A stretch of 64,000 nucleotides of DNA from Candidatus Poribacteria bacterium. GTDB lineage: Bacteria; Poribacteria; WGA-4E; WGA-3G. The notes beneath the pieces were generated by a model. The model saw only the letters and a list, made by a program, of their open reading frames with translations. It did not search any database and was not told the origin of the DNA. Numbering within the stretch: the stretch's first letter is position 1; the number at the start of each line of letters is the position of its first letter. Made by a program: the position numbers and the translations under genes. Location: contig OY730443.1 of NCBI GenBank assembly GCA_963422705.1, positions 2,697,327 to 2,761,326 on the forward strand, in the 5' to 3' direction. This document shows, in pieces, positions 19,020 through 27,351 of the stretch.

Positions 19020-19852
19020 TCGTCTTTTCGTCGTGCTTAGTCCGTTGAGCTTCTCCTGTTTTTGGCAATCCTTTGGGAATCTCGTCGGAGATTTCTCATG
19101 CAACTTTTTTTTTAGTTCAGTTGCAAGCCTATATTTGCGACGCATATAAGCTTATCATGTTCTGCAGAATTTTGTCAATTTTTTACCGAGTCTGCATGCT
19201 GTCGGCAGAAATCGTTTTGGCAGTTTTCGTCGTGTTCAGCCTGCTCAGCTTCTGCTGCTTTTCGTCGTGTTCAGCCTGCTCAGTTTCTGCTGTTTTTCAC
19301 AATCCATTTTTCGTCGGGTGCAGTGCGCTCAGCTTCTGCTGCTTTTCGTCGTGTTTAGCCTGCACAGCTTCTGCTGTTTTTAGCAATCCGCTGATAATCT
19401 CGTCGGAGATTTCTGATGCAACGCTTTTTCGTCTTTTCGTCGTGTTTAGCCTGCACAGTTTCTGCTGTTTTTAGCAATCCGCTGATAATCTCGTCGGAGA
19501 TTTCTGATGCAACGCTTTTTCGTCTTTTCGTCGTGTTTAGCCTGCACAGTTTCTGCTGTTTTTAGCAATCCGCTGATAATCTCGTCGGAGATTTCTGATG
19601 CAACGCTTTTTCGCTTTTTTCGTCGTGTTCAGCGTATATAAGCTTATCATGTTCTGCAGAATTTTGTCAATTCTTTACCGAGTCTGGATGCTGTCGGCAG
19701 AAATCGTTTTGGCAGTTTTCGTCGTGTTCAGCCTGCTCAGTTTCTGCTGTTTTTGGCAATCCATTTTTCGTCGGGTGCAGTGCGCTCAGCTTCTGCTGTT
19801 TTTAGCAATCCACTGATAATCTCGTCGGAGATTTCTGATGCAACGCTTTTTC
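19020..19852. repeat. Modular non-coding tandem repeat array
   Basis: About 10 copies of a ~35-bp unit (ttttcgtcgtgttcagcctgctcagcttctgctg), 5 copies of a ~56-bp unit containing aatctcgtcggagatt, and 2 copies of an ~80-bp promoter-bearing unit; 91-bp period x3 at ~19343-19615. Confidence 0.95.
19148..19178 (-). promoter_or_regulatory. Promoter inside the repeat array (second copy at ~19639-19670)
   Basis: TTGACA-18bp-TAAGCT with extended TG. Confidence 0.55.
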
Positions 19853-19869
19853 GGAGGTGTCCCTCACCT

Positions 19870-20961
19870 TCATTTAAAGATGATAATCAGCTTTCGTGCC
19901 ACAGCATGTTGCGAACCCGCCTTCGCGTGAATAATCAGCAAATACCGCCCGTTGTGCGCGAGATTTCCGTCATCAGTCAAGCCATCCCATTGCTCCGCGT
20001 TATGCCCAATATAGCGAGCGGCATGATTTAGCAGCCCTCGAATTCGTCTCTCGTGTAAGTCAAAAATCTCCATGCTTACAAATGCTTGGTGCACATCCCT
20101 AGCATTTAGGCGATAGCCTATGGTAAGTCGATGTTGCTCAGGTTCAAAAAATACGCGCGGAGAGAGCGTTACCGCTTCAATCTTGAGACGAAGAGACCTT
20201 TGTGGAACAATTTCTGGTGCCATTAAAGTATAAATTCCCAAGTGATTAATAGAGCTGGTGACAGTGCCTTCAAAAGCATCAGACCGGCCACTCACCGGCA
20301 CCCATCTTTGCTGAAATTTCTCCCAAAAATAGATATTGAAAGGCCCCGGCTGCAACGGATTCTGGTATAAAAACCGCAATTGCGCCGGCTGTTTCAAAAC
20401 GAGCACTTCAGGCGACAACCGTACCACGTGGACGAGGCGCTGTGCCGATAAGTGGGGTGCCGGAGGTACCACAATATCGGCATGTATCCGCGTTGTATTC
20501 AAAAGGGAACCCGGTGGAAACCGGAGTTCTATACCGGCCGGACTTCTGAACGTCCCGCCTTCAACCCCAATCGTCTGAGATGCAGAAGCAATCCGAATTG
20601 CGACAGATTGTTCGACAGAAGCACCGTTGGCAATAAGTCTCCCTTTACCAACGAATACCGCTTCCAATACTGCGTTTCTCCCCGGAGCGCCTAACGGGTT
20701 TTGGATAATTCTACCCAGGTTTCCTGAGAGAAACCAGCGGGCAGCAACCGATGTTCCACCGGCAGACACTGCCGCGAGTCTATATCTTTTTCCAGAAATT
20801 AGGGTATACGGTGCGCGAAGCTGTGCGGTGCCATCAAATAACTGAATCTCAAATTGCGCGCCAGCCGTATCAATCGAGAGACAGCGTATCGGACAAAACA
20901 AGATTGTGAGGCACAACAGGCGAACCGATTTAATAGCGTAACATTGCATAGACGTTTCCAA
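19870..20961 (-). CDS. Secreted protein with ZU5-like region and C-terminal FlgD-Ig-like domain
   Basis: Signal peptide; IGVEGGTF..GIELRFPPGSL..INHLGIY; MEIFDLHERRIR..WDGLTDDGNLAHNGRY. Confidence 0.65.
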   Translation of the reverse strand: METSMQCYAIKSVRLLCLTILFCPIRCLSIDTAGAQFEIQLFDGTAQLRAPYTLISGKRYRLAAVSAGGTSVAARWFLSGNLGRIIQNPLGAPGRNAVLEAVFVGKGRLIANGASVEQSVAIRIASASQTIGVEGGTFRSPAGIELRFPPGSLLNTTRIHADIVVPPAPHLSAQRLVHVVRLSPEVLVLKQPAQLRFLYQNPLQPGPFNIYFWEKFQQRWVPVSGRSDAFEGTVTSSINHLGIYTLMAPEIVPQRSLRLKIEAVTLSPRVFFEPEQHRLTIGYRLNARDVHQAFVSMEIFDLHERRIRGLLNHAARYIGHNAEQWDGLTDDGNLAHNGRYLLIIHAKAGSQHAVARKLIIIFK

Positions 20962-21000
20962 AACAGTATAACAGACGGAAAAAGAAGAATGCTTCTCCCT

Positions 21001-21554
21001 TTACACGCCAAAAGGGGCGGTTTCACCTCTGACATAAAAATCATGGATGCGGAGAATGCCCGCGGAAACGCGAAATCCGACACAGCCAAAGGGCGCTTTT
21101 CCGTACAAGAAATGCTTGACGGCTCTGTTCTCAAGCAACACGACGCAACGTTGCCCTTTGCGAATCAATTCAAACGTAAAAGGCACCTCGGGCGGAATCC
21201 ACTCAGGCAAAAGAGACATCTGTTGCATCGTCTTCGGTGCCGGAGAAGTTAATTTTTCGGACTCATTCGCATAAACACGCCGGAACCCGTTGATACCCAT
21301 AGTGCCGGTGTCAATAAAAAATTTAACGTCCGCCCAGCACGTTTCGTCAACCGAATCGGAATTCGGAAAAATGCTGAGTACCGCTTTGAGGTGAACATCC
21401 CCCGTACCAATAGCGACGCTACTGTAGATAAGTACATCTGGAGAGGAAGGATTCCCACCAACAATTCCAATGTAACCCCGCCGCGTCTCACTGTTCCACC
21501 AGTATGTTTTATGTTTATCGGTTCGCCTGCTTGGACGAAGTAGTTCCGTTGCAT
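21001..21554 (-). pseudogene. Hypothetical gene with an apparent early frameshift
   Basis: Promoter TTGACA-17-TACACT (21589-21561) lies 6 nt before ATG 21554. A second frame (TYWWNSETRRGYIGIVGG...) is open to 21001 but has no start codon until 21300. Confidence 0.45.
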
Positions 21555-21703
21555 GCCCAAAGTGTAAAACATTTTAAGCAAATTGTCAATTCAAAAATCC
21601 GAAGTCGTCTGGGTGAGTCGTGCTGTCAAACTCACTCTGTTCCTAAATCAACTCTCTGTCAAAAATTTGCATCTCGTCCCAAGTTGTGCTAAATTGGTTT
21701 CTT

Positions 21704-23770
21704 ATGAAAACGGAGCCAAAAATCGATGCGCTCATTAAAACAGACAGGCTGCTAGAACCTTATGCGCCACAGTTGCAAAAACGCGTCAGGCACTACCACG
21801 CCCGAAAATCCGAAATTAATAAAGCTGAACCGCACTGTGGCGGGCTGCTCGGACAGATAAGTCAAGGGCACCGATATTTTGGATTGAACCGCGGCCAAAA
21901 TTCCGGACAGACGGGTATCTGGTATCGCGAATGGGCCCCCGCGGCACACGCGCTCTCTCTCATCGGCAATTTCAACGAGTGGGACCGTGAAGCAAATCCG
22001 ATGACAGTTGACGAATGGGGAATCTGGCATCTCTTTCTCCCAGATAGCGAATACGCCGATAGACTCACACACGGTAGCAGGGTTAAGGTACATGTCGCCT
22101 CCGAATTGGGTGGACAAGATCGGATTCCCGCCTATATTCAGCGCGTTGTGCAGGAAGGTGACACCGGTTTTGCTGGCCAGTATTGGGCAATGCCAGTTCC
22201 ATATCAATGGAATCATTCACAGCCACAATGGGACGGAGAATCTGAAGGGTTGCGGATTTACGAAGCGCACGTTGGCATGGCACAAGACGTGGAAAAAGTC
22301 GGCACGTTCACTGAATTTACGCGAAACGTCTTACCACGTATTGCCACACTTGGCTATAACGCTGTACAGTTGATGGCAGTCATGGAACACCCGTATTATG
22401 CCAGTTTCGGGTATCATGTTAGCAATTTTTTTGCAGTCTCAAGCCGGTTTGGTACACCGGAAGAACTCAAGGAATTAATTGATACAGCACACGGCATGGG
22501 GTTACAGGTGATAATGGATTTGGTGCATAGCCACGCTGTCAAAAATTTTCAAGAAGGGTTAAACCGTTTTGATGGCACAGCGCATCACTATTTTCATAGC
22601 GGGGCAAGGGGCGAGCACGTCGCATGGGATTCACGCTGTTTTGATTATAGCCAATATGAAGTACTGCGATTTCTGCTGAGCAATCTCCGTTATTGGTTGG
22701 AAACCTACCGGTTTGATGGATTCAGAGTTGACGGTGTCACCAGTATGCTCTATAAAGGCCACGGCATCGGACGTCACTGGAGCAGCTACGCCGATTATTT
22801 TCGTGAAGATAATATCGATATAGATGCCATGACGTACCTCATGTTAGCAAACGATGTGATTCACACCGTTAATCCACATGCCATTTCAATTGCCGAAGAC
22901 GTGAGTGGCATGCCTGGGCTCGCACGCCCAATCGCAGAAGGCGGACTCGGTTTTGACTACCGGTTGGCTCTGGGGATTCCAGATTATTGGATTAAACTAC
23001 TCAAGGAAAAAAAAGATAAGACATGGCACCTCGGCGAGATTTACGGTATGTTACTCAACCGCAGAGCAGGTGAGAAGCATATTGCTTACGTCGAAAGCCA
23101 CGATCAGAGTATTGTCGGCGATAGAACGCTTGCAACGCAATTGATGGAGGCAGAACTCCACACGAATATGAGCATCTTTTCTGACAGCCATATTATCGCC
23201 CGTGGGATTGCGTTGCATAAACTCATCCGCCTCCTGACGTTTAGCCTCGGCGGCGAGGGGTACCTTAACTTTATGGGCAATGAATTCGGGCACCCTGAAT
23301 GGATTGACTTCCCACGCGCAGGCAACGGCTATTCATACAAGTATGCCCGGCGGCAGTGGCATCTTGTCGATAACAACACACTCCGCTATCAGTACCTTAA
23401 CGCTTTTGATACGGCGATGCAGCGCCTTGACACAGAACACTATCTCCTCACAAACACAAGCATCGAATTCTTGTTCATTCATGAGGAGGCGAAACAACTT
23501 GTTTATCAACGCGGCGGACTCATCTTCGTATACAACTTCCATTCAACAGCATCGTACAGCAATTGGCGTATCCCTACGCCCCAGAAGACAGATTACCGTC
23601 TCATTCTCAATACAGACGACGACGTCTACGGAGGACATGGGAACGTCTCCGGGGAAGTCTATTATCCGTGGCAGGACGTTTCAATGTATCCGCATGCCCA
23701 ATCAATTCAGTTGTACATTCCGGCACGTAGCGCGCAGGTGTTAGTACCTACTTGCCCGAAAGCTGGTTAG
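21704..23770 (+). CDS. glgB: 1,4-alpha-glucan branching enzyme, GH13_8 (eukaryote/Bacteroidetes-like) type
   Basis: YREWAP, MEHPYYASFGYHV, FDGFRVDGVTSMLY, AEDVSGMP, YVESHDQ, LNFMGNEFGHPEWIDFPR. Confidence 0.93.
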   Translation: MKTEPKIDALIKTDRLLEPYAPQLQKRVRHYHARKSEINKAEPHCGGLLGQISQGHRYFGLNRGQNSGQTGIWYREWAPAAHALSLIGNFNEWDREANPMTVDEWGIWHLFLPDSEYADRLTHGSRVKVHVASELGGQDRIPAYIQRVVQEGDTGFAGQYWAMPVPYQWNHSQPQWDGESEGLRIYEAHVGMAQDVEKVGTFTEFTRNVLPRIATLGYNAVQLMAVMEHPYYASFGYHVSNFFAVSSRFGTPEELKELIDTAHGMGLQVIMDLVHSHAVKNFQEGLNRFDGTAHHYFHSGARGEHVAWDSRCFDYSQYEVLRFLLSNLRYWLETYRFDGFRVDGVTSMLYKGHGIGRHWSSYADYFREDNIDIDAMTYLMLANDVIHTVNPHAISIAEDVSGMPGLARPIAEGGLGFDYRLALGIPDYWIKLLKEKKDKTWHLGEIYGMLLNRRAGEKHIAYVESHDQSIVGDRTLATQLMEAELHTNMSIFSDSHIIARGIALHKLIRLLTFSLGGEGYLNFMGNEFGHPEWIDFPRAGNGYSYKYARRQWHLVDNNTLRYQYLNAFDTAMQRLDTEHYLLTNTSIEFLFIHEEAKQLVYQRGGLIFVYNFHSTASYSNWRIPTPQKTDYRLILNTDDDVYGGHGNVSGEVYYPWQDVSMYPHAQSIQLYIPARSAQVLVPTCPKAG

Positions 23771-24600
23771 AAGGTTCTATTTTCCAATGAATACTCGCGA
23801 TTGCCGCCGGGAGCCCCCCCGATTGCCCATGTTCCACGGAACAACGATTGTCGCTTCGGCGGCATCGCCTTAATATCTTCATGGCTCAAGTTAAGTCGAT
23901 GCCACTGTGCCCATATCGAGTTATAACAGTTAAAAACTGCGCACCGTGGATTGCCTGAATCTGTCCAATCATTCGCCGCATGGACAAGACTTTCAGTAAA
24001 GATAACCACGGAGCCCGGCGGGCAGCTATATTCATCCATCGCCTCGCGCATCTCGGCTTCCCACGGTGAGCCGCCAATGTTTGGCCGATACATGTCGGGG
24101 CCCCCGTAGTTGAAATGTGCTTTGTGTGAACCACTGAGAAATGATGTCCCGCCCTGTCCAGCCCTCACCTCCTCAAGCTCCCAGACGACGCGTGTCAGCC
24201 CTGAGAAGATTTTCCCGCCCGCCACCTGATACCTCATCGCGTTCGCCTGCTGTGGTGGACGCACGACATGCGGCATTCCGTTATCCCCACGTTCGGAAGT
24301 ACGCCATCCTGCATGTCTTACCGTGGTGAACGAACCTTCACACCGAAAACTGTAGCTATCGTCTCGGACAAAAGGTGCTTCAGATAGAATCTCATTTAGG
24401 ATTCCGACAATTGCCGGATGATCGAGTAGATTCTGAAGAGCCCCTTGGTAACTCTGTCTAGCACCCGCATAGACTTCCGCTTTCATCTTATCAATTTCCG
24501 CTTCAGAGAGCACTGCCGGAAACAGAATCCAGCCGCGAAGATCAAAGAAGAATTTTTGCTCCGGTGTCATCGGCACCGGGACGTCATATAATGTTGTCAT
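23767..24600 (-). CDS. Phytanoyl-CoA dioxygenase (PhyH) family protein
   Basis: EQKFFFDLRGW, GGTSFLSGSHK, PGSVVIFTESLVHA, RCAVF. Confidence 0.8.
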   Translation of the reverse strand: MTTLYDVPVPMTPEQKFFFDLRGWILFPAVLSEAEIDKMKAEVYAGARQSYQGALQNLLDHPAIVGILNEILSEAPFVRDDSYSFRCEGSFTTVRHAGWRTSERGDNGMPHVVRPPQQANAMRYQVAGGKIFSGLTRVVWELEEVRAGQGGTSFLSGSHKAHFNYGGPDMYRPNIGGSPWEAEMREAMDEYSCPPGSVVIFTESLVHAANDWTDSGNPRCAVFNCYNSIWAQWHRLNLSHEDIKAMPPKRQSLFRGTWAIGGAPGGNREYSLENRTF

Positions 24601-24777
24601 TTTTCCACCTTTAGCATTCACCCTGAGTGATAAAAACTAACATCTCATCTTGCAACTCATACTTACAACAAAATTAGCAATCCCATTTCAAGTAACAGGA
24701 CTCCATGGTGATAAAGTGCGCGTACTTCCATTTTTTCAGTTCTGAAACAGATTCGCTTTAATCGAGAATTAAGGAAA

Positions 24778-26583
24778 CTAACTCGTCGCAAGGGCACGCT
24801 GCAAGCCGGGTAAGAAATAGTCCTTAACCACAACCTCCCACCCCATCCGGGAAGCAATCGCGTACCCATCCCGAATCATCTCCTCAACATCCCGGGGTTT
24901 ACGTGGTAAACGGCCGAGTAGCTTGGCGGCGATGTCACGACTATTTTCTGATTCAATGCTGTCCCGTTCGTCGAAACCGATTTGGAGAATTGCGTCTAAT
25001 GATTCTGGATGCGATTCGCCTAAGTCTGTATAGTCAGCGATGACGATATTGGCAACATCTTTCTCGTCTGTTGCGCGTCGGATGAAACCACAACAGCCAC
25101 AGATGTTGCTGACAACACAGATAGCGCCAAAGCTCAAAGGCTCGACTTGCGCGATGCCGAACGGTTCATAAATGGATTGCCCGAATTCAGCATCACTCCC
25201 TTTCCTGATGTCCATAAATTCCATCTCCATCGGCATCCGTGTCCCACATGTCGCTTGACTCCATCCAAACTGATTCACAAACACGACTTTAATCGCCTTC
25301 GCGTTAAAATTGAAAGCGGAAACACCATTGTTTAGCGCAATTTCGGCACCCACCAGGTCTGGATAGCCGAGCTTGTGATAGACGGGCCAGCCGTATTCTT
25401 GTTCCATGTGGTGAATACTTTCGTTAGAGCGCCCCGTTGCAATTTCGGTGGAGAGAATAAACAGGACAGCCGTTTTGTCATTCGAGGCGAGTAGGGAATC
25501 CAGATGCGCAAGTACCTGTAAATCGCGCCATAACCCCTTGCTTTTAACAAGGCGCGTTACGTGCGTAAACACATAATCTGGATGATAGCCAAGTAACGTT
25601 TCCGCGTATCGTTGGAGCCGGACTTTGGACGTTAACTTTTCCTGTAAATTCACCTCAAACGCCGGTACCCCGTTGTAAACGAGATTAATGGGATACGCCT
25701 CAAACGGTTTCGCGAGAAAGCGGAGCTCCTCTACCACAAAGTCACCAACGGCAAAGATAGCATCGCAGAGGTGCGCTTTATCAATAAGGGCGTGCTTAAA
25801 GTACCAGAACGGGTCATCAAATACATCGCGAAGGGATTTATCCTCTGCCCTAGCCCGCTGTAACGCATTGTAGAACCGCACGTCGTGGCCGGGGTGCCCT
25901 TCCACAATTGGCCTCACCGTAGCAACTTCGTGGGCATAGAAGACAGTCCGCATGTTCACCGAAGCCGCGTCCTCCTTCTTTCTTTCAATAAGCGTTTTGA
26001 GCGCTAGTGGCATCCCCATAAACTCATGGGAAACGACGAAGACATCCTTGGGCTCGCGAGACGCTGGGGGCGCCGCAATCTTTGAAACAGGATTGCTGCC
26101 TGTGTTCAGGAGAACTTGTAGCACAGCATAAGCAGGTTCAGCCAGGCGAATATATTCCTCAAATTCCCATTCACTCTCGTAACGACTCGATTCAATACCA
26201 AACTGTTCATAAAGACGCCATTTGAAATCCGCGGTGAGATGTTTATTACTATTTGAGACATTGACGAGGATGACCTCGGTAGCTGTTATGATATTCCGGT
26301 TTTTATCTTCAAATCGCCGTTCGCCGTAGACGATTTCAACGTCATAGTTCTGCTCAATCTGGCTGAGAGAACCCGCATAGGACGTATTTTTTACGCCATT
26401 GGAGGCGTGATATCGTACCGATTCCAACGCCCCTAAATCGGCACCGGTGAACAGTGGGCCAACGAGAAAGGTGCGCTCAATCGCTTCATTATAACTGTGG
26501 GTTGTCAGCAATCCCTCTAAAACCGCACCGATACCGCCCATTTTATGGAGGGCTTCGTGCGTAACGTGCACAACAATACTCAA
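24778..26583 (-). CDS. Glycogen synthase-like glycosyltransferase (GT3-like)
   Basis: THEALHKMGGIGAVL (KxGG), SHEFMG, VYNG, YEPFGIAQVE (EX7E); TTG start after RBS gaggtg; lies in a glycogen cluster. Confidence 0.7.
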   Translation of the reverse strand: MSIVVHVTHEALHKMGGIGAVLEGLLTTHSYNEAIERTFLVGPLFTGADLGALESVRYHASNGVKNTSYAGSLSQIEQNYDVEIVYGERRFEDKNRNIITATEVILVNVSNSNKHLTADFKWRLYEQFGIESSRYESEWEFEEYIRLAEPAYAVLQVLLNTGSNPVSKIAAPPASREPKDVFVVSHEFMGMPLALKTLIERKKEDAASVNMRTVFYAHEVATVRPIVEGHPGHDVRFYNALQRARAEDKSLRDVFDDPFWYFKHALIDKAHLCDAIFAVGDFVVEELRFLAKPFEAYPINLVYNGVPAFEVNLQEKLTSKVRLQRYAETLLGYHPDYVFTHVTRLVKSKGLWRDLQVLAHLDSLLASNDKTAVLFILSTEIATGRSNESIHHMEQEYGWPVYHKLGYPDLVGAEIALNNGVSAFNFNAKAIKVVFVNQFGWSQATCGTRMPMEMEFMDIRKGSDAEFGQSIYEPFGIAQVEPLSFGAICVVSNICGCCGFIRRATDEKDVANIVIADYTDLGESHPESLDAILQIGFDERDSIESENSRDIAAKLLGRLPRKPRDVEEMIRDGYAIASRMGWEVVVKDYFLPGLQRALATS

Positions 26584-26958
26584 ATTTTTCACCTCACGTG
26601 TATTTTCGATTCGTAAAATGCCCAAATAAGACGGAAATGCCCGGACGCCTCTCCGCCTATTTTTCTTAAAAATTAGCATGCAAAAAGAAAGGATGTCAAG
26701 TGTTTTTGACAAAGGGCAGAACCATTTATCGTGAAAAAGAAGGTGTTTGAAAGAAGGTGTTTGCAAACGACAACGAAAGGTTCCTATTGGGTACGGTATC
26801 AATCATTCTCAAATCTACTATAGTTCCCTGTTAAGAACGGACTGAAAATCACAAGACTCCCCGATAGGACGGTTTCTTCACTTGGATTCTCACGTTGCCC
26901 TGAACCCGGTGGCAAATCTACAAAAAGTCTAAAACGGAATGATTCAGTTCAGTTTATC

Positions 26959-26987
26959 TTGACAACAGTACAAAAAGCAGCTATAAT
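26959..26987 (+). promoter_or_regulatory. Consensus sigma70 promoter
   Basis: TTGACA-17bp-TATAAT. Confidence 0.8.
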
Positions 26988-27109
26988 ATATCTTGGGTTT
27001 ACGCAGTACTGTTTTAATGCCCCAATTTGCATAAGATAATTGACGACGAAATTTGGCAGGCTTCTAATCTGATACCAAACAGACGCAATCACAAAGTTGT
27101 GAGGTAGTT

Positions 27110-27328
27110 ATGCAGAATGATATCGGAAAAATCGCTGGGGAAATCTGGCATTACTTAAAAGAAAACGATGCGGTAACGGTGAGTCGATTAGTACGCGAAA
27201 TTGATGGCACGGAACGGATAGTTTTGATAGGCATCGGTTGGCTAGCGTGTGAAAAAAAATTGGATTTCAAAAAACAAAAACACCGTACCTACGTCACGCT
27301 TAAAACCTCAGAAATAGAGGACACATAA
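27110..27328 (+). CDS. Small winged helix-turn-helix protein (DUF2582-like)
   Basis: IGKIAGEIWHYL...IGIGWLACEKKL pattern; RBS gaggt. Confidence 0.8.
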   Translation: MQNDIGKIAGEIWHYLKENDAVTVSRLVREIDGTERIVLIGIGWLACEKKLDFKKQKHRTYVTLKTSEIEDT

Positions 27329-27351
27329 AGCTAGGAAGGAAAGCGCATTAG

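Noticed and set aside
19020-19852. CRISPR array
   Set aside because: The sequences between repeats are themselves repeated, spacing is irregular, and there are no cas genes.
19073-20031. Cys/Phe-rich ORFs and the 49-aa N-terminal extension of the isomerase
   Set aside because: These are translations of the non-coding repeat; the 91-bp period breaks frame, and an RBS supports the start at 18998.
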